A stretch of DNA of 64,000 bases from Octopus sinensis (GCF_006345805.1 NC_042997.1:127658001-127722000), one strand, 5' to 3'; counted from the first letter of the stretch, positions 52,522 through 64,000 are shown. Made by a program: numbers and translations. Notes: generated by a model from the sequence alone, not told the origin.

Positions 52522-52850
52522 CCAGATATCCGTCAGATATCTTTGAGTAACAATCTAGCAAAATGTGGTCGGAAAATATTTATAAGGCTTCCATTCTACA
52601 AAATACACAATCCAAGTGAAATTGATAGAAAAATCAGAGAAAAAAATTTTATTAATAAATTCCAACCCAAGCTAAATAAAGAATAATACTAATACTTAGA
52701 GGTACTATTTCTACAGCTACGACTACTACCACAAACAACAACAACAAAATTACTAAAGTTTCTCATGATGACGATAGCAGGAAAATACTACCCAAGTCAA
52801 GAGAAAAGTCAGTAAAAATTATCTTGTCTTGGTGATTAAAGTTCTATTAC
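52522..52850 (+). mobile_element. Penelope-like element 3' end: GIY-YIG endonuclease C-terminus (52522-52686) and downstream repeat
   Basis: Open frame PDIRQISLSNNLAKCGRKIFIRLPFYKIHNPSEIDRKIREKNFINKFQPKLNKE* fits the R..RE..FI....P.LN end of PLE endonucleases. Confidence 0.75.
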
Positions 52851-53450
52851 CACAGCTACTCCAACCATTACCACCACCACCACCACCACCACTACCACTA
52901 CAACGACAATAACGGAAATGATAATGGTGATGATGGAGATTAAAATGTAAAATCCCTGGGAAATGTTTACAATATTTCCAAAACTAGCCCAACAATTATT
53001 GCTTTGGCCAGGGTCAAAATACAGGTCTCCTGACATGTTCAACAAACCATGACGCCTAAAGAGAACACCAATCAACTTAAGTAATTTCGTAAAGCCACAC
53101 ACAGCTTGATCAGAATACAGTTTGCAAAAATTAACATTGTGGAGCCTATACAAATGTATTTAAGTCACACAGTTTAGCCATCCCACTACAGTTGTTAATT
53201 GTAAAGCATAACTGTTAGCACTACTACACGAACGTGAAGATTGCATAGTTTAATGCATGAAAGTACTAGTTCATTCAGAATGGACATTTCATATTCTATC
53301 ATTTCATTATATTACGTTATATTATATTATCATAAGATTGTGAATAAAACGTGAAAATCAAAGTTGGGATTTCTTTGAACAACATATATATATATACGTA
53401 TACACACATATACACACACATACATACACACGAATATACACACTTACACG

Positions 53451-53488
<38 letters not shown>

Positions 53489-53667
53489 TATACTACTACA
53501 CCAACGTTTTTGTTGATTATTTTCTTTTCTTGCATCTGTATGTAAACACGTATGTATGTATGTATCTATTATCTATCTATAATACATACATATATATATA
53601 TACATGCATGTATACATATATAATATATATGCATTATATAATAAATATAATATATATATAATATATA

Positions 53668-53726
<59 letters not shown>

Positions 53727-53807
53727 CAATTGCAGCGTGGAAGGTGTTTGTAAGCCATTTAAGAAACACACAAAAGCCGTTTGATTCACTTCAACATTTA
53801 AGTTTAA

Positions 53808-53858
53808 TTTGTCAAAATATTTTCGTCGCTATAAGACCGCGACCTGTTCACTGACAAA
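53808..53858 (-). ncRNA. Minimal type-I hammerhead ribozyme candidate with G3-C8 core
   Basis: TTTGTCA-GTGAACA-g-GTCGC ggtcttata GCGAC-GAAA-ATAT-TT-TGACAAA; perfect 7-bp helix I and 5-bp helix II, palindromic AATATT helix III. Confidence 0.7.
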
Positions 53859-53935
53859 AATCTGTGTTGCATCTCATTGTTTTCGTTCCAGCACACGATC
53901 TCAGATCAAATCACTTGCTATGCAAGTACATCCCT

Positions 53936-54036
<101 letters not shown>

Positions 54037-54043
54037 CGTATTA

Positions 54044-54092
<49 letters not shown>

Positions 54093-54479
54093 TATAGTCA
54101 TCATTCGCCTGTGAACTGGCGAATGATAGTTGTCTCAATGAATATATAAATACATACTTACACGCACACACACAAGCACACATACATATCATCGCACACG
54201 CACACACATACTCACTCACATGTATGTATATACGTATGTGGAAATATATAATATGTGTTCATATGTGTGTGTATATGTGTATGTATAAATATATTAGATT
54301 AGTTTAAATGAAGCCTTGAATAATGGACTGGGTAATATTTTTAGAAGCCAGTGTAACGCAAATTAAAAATACTGCAGTGAAACAAAAGGAAAATAAACTA
54401 TCACTTTACATTTCCCTTATATTTCGAAAAACTTGATATTTCAAAAGAAAATGAAGAATGGAGACAATCTGGTATTTAT

Positions 54480-55530
54480 ATGTAAAATGTATGTGTAATG
54501 AACAAACTGGTATTGTTATTATATACAATCTATTTTGGATAGTTCGCTTCTATTGTTAACAGATGGGTTCAGTTTATTTATGTGGATAGTCTTGATCCTT
54601 AAATTACCAATGTTCCGTTCTTTACTTTGATGGTAGACATGATTTTTGTTGTACAGCATTTCTTCAAGAATTTCTTAACTGTATTCCTTGATGCAGATAT
54701 GTAGTTTTCGGATAACCCTACCGATGCATCATCAGTATCAGTTCCTCTTGTGCTCTGGAGTATGTTGGCAGCAAGTTGACGTCATTGGTTTCTTTGGGCT
54801 GTAGTTTTCTCTGCGTCCAGCCATGTCGGTTATGAATGTTCTTTGCCTTGTAGTTTCGATCTTCCTCTCTTTTTCCGACCAGTGGTGTCCATTTGAAACC
54901 TTTTTTAGAATAGTGTTCTTCTGGTAGCCAGAGTACATGGCCTGCTAGTTTTAGTCTTCGTTCTGTGATTATATGGTTAAGTGGTCTTGTATTGGCTCCC
55001 TTCTGAATACCGATTTAAGATCCGCGTCATTCTGTTCACTTCATACACCATCAAGTAATTATTTACGTGAGTAATGGGTAAGTTTTCTACTGTGAACACA
55101 ACTAGCTGTCAACTCGGAATTGCCAGTCATAAATTTCCACAAGAACGGATTGAACTGTGGATTGCATCAGTAGTTCCGTTGTCAAAATATGGCAGCCTCA
55201 AGAAGCACATGCCGTCTCTGGGAGTGTAAGACTTCCTTGGGGGATATTTTGGCAAGATGGCATTTGGCGAAAGATGATGTGTAGCTGTTGCCTAAAAAAA
55301 TTTTAATCAGTTACTATTGACGACTTTATCTCCTACCTCACTACACTTGTTGTATATCCAGTAAATTTTATTTTGTTTGTAAACTGCCTCAGCTTTATTG
55401 AGTACATCTGATTCATGCTGCACAAATAGGCTTCCTGCTGGCAGCTTCTCTATAAAAATTACATGGATTCCTCCTCTGTAATCAATAGTAGGAAATCAAG
55501 CAGAGAGACAAAGAGGGAAAGACACATGTG

Positions 55531-55561
<31 letters not shown>

Positions 55562-55700
55562 CTGATGTCGATGTGTTGAATTTCGAATTCGATGTGGTCG
55601 TCAATGTCGTTAAATTTGTGATATATGTTGGTTTCCAGGTGAGAGGGATTCGGTATAAAGATATCATCTACATACATGAAGAATAAGCCAAAAGAGCAGG
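54480..55700 (-). mobile_element. Penelope-like element RT remnant, heavily decayed
   Basis: MYVDDIFI...FNDIDDHIEFEIQH...LSLLDFL matches PLE RT domains 5-7; downstream SGYQKNTI. The left boundary is approximate. Confidence 0.65.
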
Positions 55701-56671
55701 CTAGCTTTCAAGCTGGTTCATGCTAGTGATGGCCTGACAAACCTGTTAGCTCCAACTCAAAGTTTCAACAAATAAAATTATGTAGCTGTAACAGCTGACA
55801 AAGCGACAGAGGTGGAGAGAAAGTCTCTGTTCTAATATTAGGAACATCTTAATTTAATGCATACGATAGGGTTGGTATGTAGAATAGTAATTAAAAAGTT
55901 TCTATCAAAGGGTAATCTCCAACACGGTGTTGTCCTGGATAGCTAAATCTCTGTAAATAATGCCGTCACTATATATACATGGATCAGATGTGGAAGATCG
56001 ATGTAGGAGACAACCTTGAAATTATATGGGAGCTTATCAAAGCTGAAAAGTACCTCTCAACTATTTGGCCCCACTTCAATTCAAGGGTCACAAAACTAGA
56101 TGTGTTCTTCATTGTACATGTATTACGTTGACCGAACTGAAGGCAAGCCTTCTTCATTTCTGATGATTCATTTTTGAGATACAATAAACACAGACCAACA
56201 AGAGTATCTCTGCAACACATAGGAGCCACGAGACTTGGAAGACTGTTAACAACGGTAACATGAGGAAAATATATTCTATAGATTTAGATTTGGAACTATA
56301 ATTTACCAAACGGAATATGTTACTACTGTCCTCACTATTTAGTAATTTCTCAATGGTGTTGCTAAAGTGTGTTCCACCAAGAGCAGCTTTTGAGATGGCA
56401 CCCTCCTCCCGCTACACAAGTTTGCACACTAGTCACCAAAGTGCCACTTCCATAAAAGTAGTGTCCAGGGTCAACCGCCCACCACAGTTCCGCTACAACT
56501 CCTCCACGACATACAACCAGATTTGAACATCAGAAACAAATAACGATACACAACAATATATGAACTTTTTTGTTTATCCCAGTGGAGTCGGGGAATCAGT
56601 ATGCCAATAATAACACATGCACTGGTTCTATTTCGCTTCTTTTATTATCATTATTAGTCAACCTAAATTAG

Positions 56672-57092
56672 TGAGCTGGCAGAAAAGTTAGCACGCCGGA
56701 CGAAATACTTTAGAGGTATTTGGTCTGCCGCTACGTTCTGAGTTAAAATTCCGCCGAGGTCGACTTTGTCTTTCATCCTTTCGGGGTCGATTAAATAAGT
56801 ACCAGTTATGCACTGGGGTCGATGTAATCGACTTAATCCGTTTGTCTGTCCTTGTTTTCCCCCTCTGTGTCTAGCCCCTTGTGGGCAGTAAAGAAATAAG
56901 AATCGTTAGTACATCGGACAAAATGCTTAGCAGTATTTCTTCCAGTTTTACGTTCTGAGTTCAAATTCCACCGAGGTCGACTTTACCTTTCATCTTTTCG
57001 AGGTCGATAAAATAATTAGTTAAGCATTAGGGTTGGTGTAACCGACATTTCATTCCATCAATATTGCTCGCCCAGTGCTAAGATCAGAAAGA
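56672..57092 (+). mobile_element. Two adjacent SINE D copies (young 56672-56900, older 56900-57092)
   Basis: Both carry ccgaggtcgacttt..ctttcatc.tttcg.ggtcgat. Confidence 0.85.
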
Positions 57093-57379
57093 ATTATTAT
57101 TAGTCAACGCGTTAACCATTTAACCAAATAACAATCGATTTTTCCTTTTTTTATTAATCGTTCGGTCATTCAATCAGCTAAGTTTGTCAAAGTCTTTTCA
57201 TCACCATTCGCGACCTCATCAAGGGCATTCCCCTTTGACTCCAGGTCTGCTTCGGATCTCGATGAATCGCAAAGGACAACGAACAAACACTGACAATCCT
57301 AGCTGATTGATTGTTTGATTAACCGACCAATTAATCGAAAGATCGAACAATTAATTGGTTAAATGGTTTAACTAGTTTG

Positions 57380-57410
<31 letters not shown>

Positions 57411-57450
<40 letters not shown>

Positions 57451-58897
57451 TCATTTATTAGCCACTCGGGCCGACATATAGGCGACGATACTGTAGACAT
57501 GGTCAGTGGAGATTTTACACAGAAAAAGAACGTGTACCCAAGTAAAACAATAACAATGATAACCAACAAAAAGAATGTAACAATGAAAGTTCCCCAATAG
57601 GGGGGAATAACCACCTGGAGTTAGCTCATGTACCCCATCATTCCTGAACCACACGACGCTTCGAGGGCATCTGCGAAGAGCACCCTTCTCCCTCTCAAAT
57701 TCACTAGCCTGCAGACGCATTAATAGAGTAGGTCTACTCACACGTGCCATTTTTGCTACATTCACCCACCTTTTAGCCATCAAAATATCTAGTCCTGGTG
57801 GGATTCTAGGAATGCGGACACAGGCTGTACGTTTCCCCCTGTGGGAGGGGTACATGATGACTTTGCTGGTTTTGCTGCAGGGGGTCATTGAATGTTTCAT
57901 AGCGAGGGCTTCTGACTTAAACAGCACCGAAATGGTGCCGTATTGTTTGCCCCTCGCTATGTATTTGATGTCATTTCTGATGCACCTCAGCTCCGCTTTA
58001 ATTTCTACTTGGGATATCAAAGCCACTCTTTTCGTGTCTGCTTCAATTGCCTCTGATGGGATTGTCAGATTTGCCCAATTCTTCTCTTGTTTTATTAGTT
58101 TCCATGCCTGTGGTAGCATCTGCTCTCTGTTTGTGAGGTCTACGGTAAAACGGTGTTTGGTCTGCGCTGCTGCTGCTGCTGCTTCAAAACTGTTTTTGTT
58201 ATTATTATTGGTATTGTTCTCGTTGTTGTTTTTGTTGTTCTTACTGTTGCTGCTGCTGCCGTTGTTGTTTTGTCGTTGTTCTTATCGATGTTGTTGGTAT
58301 TGGTTTTGTTGTTGTTGCTGTTGTCACGTTTGTTCTCGTTGTTGTTGTTGCTATCGCTACAGCCACTGCCGTTGCTGTCTTTTTCGTGGTTGTTGTTGCT
58401 ATCACTACTATTATTACTATTACTGCTGCGGTTGCTGTCACTGTTGCAGCAGCTTCTCCCGCCGTTAGTGTTTGTCCTTCTATTGTTGTTACTGTTAGTT
58501 GAACTTTGTACCATGATAATCTTGTTCTTCTCCCCCTCCCCTTTCCCTGTATTGTTGCCTGTGACGGAAGGAAGGGGAGGAAAGTCTTCATTCATTACCA
58601 TATTGGTGGCAGGGTTTGTTTTGTGTTTTCTCAACTCTTTCAAGACGCGCTCTGCCATCTCGTTGAGTTGCATTTGATTCAATTAAATTTAATGCCCACT
58701 GAAGTTATTTGGTGGACTGAAAATCGCTCCTCTGGGGGCTACGCAACCATAAAAAACAAGTAATAGATTCTTGGTGTTTCTATTCACAACTTGGAATAAA
58801 ATAATTATTGACAAAGGATACCAATCCTGGTGTAAGTAGATATTTTGAACTGGACTTACTTGGAGCGTTCGAAAACACGTCCGATGTATTCCGCAGC
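57411..58897 (-). mobile_element. Internally deleted L1/Tx1-like LINE (5' UTR, ORF1 N-half, putative ORF2 tip, 3' UTR, (AAT)n tail)
   Basis: ORFs 58140-58682 and 57451-58119 join with one frameshift near 58270 (EDFPPLP...RRM-like ISVLFKSE...VRIPRIPPGLD), then switch abruptly to KRWVNVAKMARV; AATAAA precedes the tail. No RT present. Confidence 0.6.
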
Positions 58898-58922
58898 AAA
58901 TATAATAATAATGATAATAATA

Positions 58923-58957
<35 letters not shown>

Positions 58958-58969
58958 AATAATAATAAT

Positions 58970-59530
58970 AAATGCCCTGATGCAGTACCAGGCAGTGGCT
59001 CTCATGGCTTCTGATCTTAACTGATTGGAAGTGTTATCATGTACATTGTTTTGTCTTGGTATAAAAGATGGGCTACAGCAAATTTTCTACTCAATACCAC
59101 AGATTTGCTTGTCAGTTGTTTGACCTTAACCAGTTGAGCATGTCCCTTAGTGGCTGACGATATGTGCATCTCTGATCACGAGCAGAAGTAGTGGGGGAGC
59201 ATCATAGCCATGTGTTGAGAGGGATTCTTTGGGGTTTGAATAGTTCACCTCTGGAAACATGGGTGGTTCTTTCAACATCCTTAAACAACCCTTATTCAGG
59301 GACCGTTTGAGCGGGATGGGCTACTCAACCTGAAGAAAATTCTAACTGGGCCCCACCTGCAAGGTCATGTGCTGTTTATCTTGATATGAGATCACCATGT
59401 CGCGCACATATGGTTGTGATGCATGTGCCTGATGTACCTTTATCAGACGGGTAGTCATGATAGGTATATTGGACTTCGTATATTTTACCCCAGTGTCACT
59501 TTGATGGCATGAACTGCTCTCTCACTCAAT
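58970..59530. mobile_element. ~560-bp non-coding element embedded in (AAT)n on both sides
   Basis: Sharp compositional boundaries, higher GC, no ORF; single copy in the window, so repeat status is inferred. Confidence 0.55.
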
Positions 59531-59533
59531 AAA

Positions 59534-59586
<53 letters not shown>

Positions 59587-59700
59587 TAATAATCCTTCCT
59601 ACTATAGGCAAAGGGCCTGAAATTGGTGGAGGGAGCAGTCGTTTAGATCGATCTCAGTACACAACTGCTACTTAATACAGACAGACAGGTAGGTAGGTTC

Positions 59701-59956
59701 TCTTTTTACTTTTTTACTTGTTTCAGTCATTTGACTGCGGCCATGCTGGAGCACCGCCTTTAGTCGAGCAAATCGACCCCAGGACTTATTCTTTGTAAGC
59801 CTAATACTTATTCTATTAGTCTCTTTTGCCGAACCGCTAAGTTACGGGAACGTAAACACACCAGCATCTGTTGTCAAGCGATGTTGGAGGACACACAGAC
59901 ACACAAGCACACACACACACACACACACATACACACACACACATACACACACAAAC

Positions 59957-59989
<33 letters not shown>

Positions 59990-60171
59990 CATATATATAC
60001 ATATATACGACGGGTTTCTTTCAGTTTCCGTCTACCAAATCCACTCACAAGTCTTTGGTCGGCCCGAGGCTATAGTAGAAGACACTTGCCCAAGGTGCCA
60101 CGCAGTGGGACTGAACCCGGAACCATGTGTTTGGTAAGCAAGCTACTTACCACACAGCCACCCCTGCGCCT
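59701..60171 (-). mobile_element. SINE family A, full length
   Basis: Near-consensus. Confidence 0.92.
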
Positions 60172-60939
60172 ATAAGGTTGACAAAAACATGTAAAAAGGC
60201 AAATAACAAGATGGCATTGTGAAAATATAAAATTATGTGGAAATACAAAGGACAGTTCACGTCGCAAGTTATACAACCATCCTCTCCCACTAATGAAAAA
60301 AATTGAGAAATCTGCAACACTCAGGAACGTTGCAACGTCATACACTAATAACTCTCTCTCTCTCTTTCTCTCTCTCTCTCATTAACTTATGACATAGAAA
60401 ATAACGTTAAACGACTCCCAACCGCCCAAAGAACACATTCTTAAGCAACAACAATATCAATAATCTCCAAACACTGCGATAGGGTGCACAGTACCAATAG
60501 TGATTGCAAAGCGAAGCAAATCTCACTTTCAGACCGTGTTCATCTTACGCTCCACTACTTACGGTTGTGGGTGCCTCTATGCGGTCAGTTGACTTGCTAG
60601 AAATAACAACTGAATTTCTCTTAAGTTGCTTCTTAATCGATTAATACAGTATGAATATTCTAGATAATGTAAATAATGTAGATCATCAAAAAACGATATT
60701 ATAATAATTGGAATGTCTTATGAACAGAGATTTGCTTAATCAGAGCTGTTCTTGGGGTTAAACAACAACCACATTAGACGTACAGAAACAAACGGGTTAA
60801 TAGAGTGAGGAGAGTATTTCCTGGCTGCAACACTGCGCAACAATTAATTAGTCAAACTGTGAAGTGTGATCCTCCACCAGACGGAGCTGTGGGAGGTCCA
60901 GAGCAGTAGATTTGTGGAAGTTCGATTAGCTCAGTGTTG

Positions 60940-61333
60940 AGGCGCAGGAATGGGTATGTGGTAAGAAGCTTGCTTACCAACCACACGGTTCCGGATTCAG
61001 TCCCACTGTGTGGCACCTTGGTCAAATGTCTTCTACTGTAGCCTCGGGCCGACCAAAGCTTTGTGAGTGGATTTGGTAGACGGAAACTGAAAGAAGCCCG
61101 TCGTATATATGTATATGTATATATATGTTTGTGTGTCAGTGCCCTCCCCCCACCAACATCGCTTGACAACCGATGCTGGTGTGTTTACGTCCCCGTAACT
61201 TAGCGGTTCGGCAAAAGAAACCGATAGAATAAGTACTAGGCTTACAAAGAATAAGTCCTGGGGTCGATTTGCTCGACTAAAGGCGGTGCTCCAGCATGGC
61301 CACAGTCAAATGACTGAAACAAGTAAAAGAGTA
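60940..61333 (+). mobile_element. SINE family A, full length
   Basis: Near-consensus. Confidence 0.92.
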
Positions 61334-62539
61334 ATGATTGGTAGGGCTGAATTTGGCTGCGTGCTGTTTCCCCATTTAAAAACAAGTCCGTTTTAGGTTT
61401 GTAATGAGACCATTTATTTATACATAAACTTAACAAACACAATCGTTACTTGCCGGAAGCCGTATTAGTAGAGAGTCTTGTATGTGTGCTGTGTTTTGGC
61501 TAAGAATCAGCCAGCTACTTTTCTTGCTCTGAGAGGCGGGAAAATTATATGTTCATGATAGACAAACGATTCCTTTTAACCCAGGGTTGAACAGTGACCA
61601 AGAAACCTGTCTTCTCAAGGACCTCTGTCCCTTATCTCTTTTGACTGTGACGCGTATCTTAATTTACAGCCAAGTGTTGGCAGGAAACCTATGGTAATTT
61701 CCACTCGAAATCGCAGGATCAAATGACCGCAACTGAAATACCATTGGCTGGCAATGAGGCAGGAATCGCCTGATATGCTGTAATCTATCTCTCGTTACTA
61801 ATTTAACGCGGATTCAGTTCGAGACCCCGCTGCTGATCTCTGGATCACATCTAGTTGTTTGCCCTACAATCTCTGTGAGCCATACATTTTGTTCGATTAG
61901 GACAGGCCAAACAATGTTATACAACAACAATAACAGCTACAGTGTACAATGTAAATTCTACATGGCTGCATGGCTTGCTAGAACTAACAACCAAATCAAC
62001 CTCAAATAATGCCCTATTGTCTTAAGAATGGAAGAACGCTAAAATGAATATTGCAGGTTTGAGATTTTTGTTTTTGATGTTTCTAAGAGACTTTATGCAG
62101 TTTCGCTTTCAGATTACAAATATACTTTAATCTACTGACTACATTATAGTAGTAGTGTTGGGTAACAGGAACATACAAGACTTTTTTATTATCATTACTG
62201 ACAAGTTGCTAATCATCAATCACAACAGACATACAGAAACAAACTGTTTAATAGAGATAGTAGAGTATTTCCTGGCTGCGATATTACATTGTCTAAAGTT
62301 TGTGATGTCTTAATCGCACCGGTAAGTTTGAAGACATCTTCCTGGAATTTAGGCACCTCAGAAATGAAATGAGAGGAAAATATTCATTTATTGAAGATGT
62401 ATATACTTTGAATTACCATTTCTTGAGAATAGTCATAATGCACTGTTAACAAGTGTATTATGCCAGCCAAAATTTGCAGATGTGTAGCATAGCATCTACA
62501 TTCGTGCAAAGTAGATACAGCTATAGATAATTGTTTCTG

Positions 62540-63003
62540 TTTAGGTACAAGGCCTGAAATTCGGTGGGCGGGGAGGTGTGGCTAATTGATTACATCGACT
62601 CCAGTACTTGACTGGTACTTATTTTATCGATCCCGAAGGATGAAAGGCAAAGTTGACACCGAAGGAATTGAATTCAGGACGTAAATCTGAAGGAAATACC
62701 GCTAAGCATCTTGTCCTGCGCGGTAAAGATTCTGCCGGCTCTCCTCCTTGATAAAGCTATAATGATTTCAAATTTTGGGTACAAGGCCACTAGCTTTTGA
62801 GGAGGAGTCGATTATATCGACCTCAGTATTCAGCTGGTACTTATTTTATCGACCTCAAAAGATGAAAGGCAAACTTGATGAAAGGCAAACTTGATGAAAG
62901 GCAAAATTCCTAACTTGGCGGAATTTGATCTCAAAACATAAGGCGGACGAAATACCGCTAGGTATTTTACCAGCTGCCAACGATTCTGCCAGTTTGCTGC
63001 CTT
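62540..63003 (-). mobile_element. Two tandem older SINE D copies
   Basis: ctggtacttattttatcga...gatgaaaggcaaa cores at ~62610 and ~62835; the second has a 17-bp triplication gatgaaaggcaaactt. Confidence 0.8.
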
Positions 63004-63053
63004 ATAAACTATAAATAAAAGCTAAAGAAAAATAAACTTTGGATTGAAAGAAA

Positions 63054-63357
63054 TGTCAATGGCAGGTCTCGAACCCGCATCGGCAAACGTGACAGATGTG
63101 TAACCTATTTCTTTACTACCCACAAGGGGCTAAACACAGAGAGGACAAAAAAGGACAGACAAACCGATTAAGTCGATTATATCGTCCCCAGTAGGTAACT
63201 GGTACTTAATTTATCAACCTCGAAAGGATGAAAGGCAAAGTCGACCTCGGCGGAATTTGAACTCAGGACGTAACGGCAGACGAAATACGGCTACGCATTT
63301 CGCCCGGCGTGCTAACAATTCTGCCAGCTCGCCGTGTAACCATTCAACCAAAGCAAC
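63054..63357 (-). pseudogene. tRNA-like sequence split by a SINE D insertion
   Basis: Rejoined minus strand GTTGCTT-TGGTTGAATGG-TTACACATCTGTCACGTTTGCCGAT-GCGGG TTCGAGA CCTGC-CATTGACA has A box, B box and a paired T stem. Confidence 0.5.
63106..63333 (-). mobile_element. SINE D, full length, young, 8-bp TSD
   Basis: TSD gtgtaacc at 63098-63105 and 63334-63341. Confidence 0.92.
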
Positions 63358-63611
63358 ATTTCGAATTTTCACAACGGCGTAACTCGGAGTAGAAAAAGCT
63401 ATAACAATAGTGTGCAGAATATTGTGTTTAAATTACGAGAAAGTATGAAGTTTTATTGATAAAAAGTTGGGTACTCTAGAGTAATGTCCATTAATTTAAC
63501 CCGTTTGCATTCACATTATGCACTTGAGAATTTAGGGGCCCTTTACATTTAATTAGGTCGCTTAACCTCTTTCAGCGTGGTTTGATTTGTTTTGGTCGGT
63601 ATTACTTCATC

Positions 63612-64000
63612 TCTTTACTCTCTTTTATTAATTTCAATCATTTGACTGTGGCCATGATGGAGCACCGCCTTTAGTCGAGCACATTGACTATGGACTTATT
63701 CTTTGTAAGCCTAGTGCTTATTCTATCGGTCTCTTTTGCCGAACCGCTAAGTTACGGGGACGTAAACACACCAGCATCGGTTGTCAAGCAATGTTGGGGG
63801 GAACAAACACAGACATATACACTTTGAATTACTATTTCTTGAGAATGGTATATACACATATATATACGACGGGCTTCTTTCAGTTTCCGTATACCAAATC
63901 CACTCACAAGGCTTTGGTTGGCCCGAGGCTATAGTAGAAGGCACTTTCCCAAGGTGCCACGCAGTGGAACTGAACCCGGAACCATATAGTTCGTAAGCAA
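63612..64000 (-). mobile_element. SINE family A, running off the window
   Basis: Colinear with the family consensus. Confidence 0.9.

Noticed and set aside
55980-56530. Possible Gypsy integrase C-terminal relic (VDRLK.AFF-like)
   Set aside because: Requires several frameshifts within a few residues; too weak without a profile search.
57812-58677. Plus-strand Cys/Leu-rich ORFs resembling membrane or metal-binding proteins
   Set aside because: Antisense shadows of the (AAC/AGC)n-rich LINE ORF1 on the minus strand.

Overview
AT-rich, repeat-saturated eukaryotic DNA; the SINE and microsatellite repertoire suggests an octopod cephalopod (inferred from remembered repeat families, not from a search). 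No intact host protein-coding gene can be supported, and almost all listed ORFs are translated microsatellites or SINEs. The window holds dozens of copies of about five SINE families (my labels A-E). It also holds decayed LINEs (CR1-group, two restriction-like-endonuclease LINEs, one Tx1/L1-like deletion derivative), three Penelope-like (PLE) coding remnants, mariner and DD37D transposon relics, and piggyBac-type MITEs. Best leads: (1) a dispersed set of minimal type-I hammerhead-ribozyme motifs, including one at 53808-53858 (-) with a G3-C8 swapped core; (2) a SINE-like element made of an intron-retaining tRNA-Lys(UUU) head and the 3' tail of a LINE found in the same window; (3) repeated fold-back inversions and tandem duplications with breakpoints in (TA)n tracts or native hairpins; (4) a 2.4-kb multimer of one SINE body. 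All alignments and coordinates were made by eye, so repeat boundaries are approximate.
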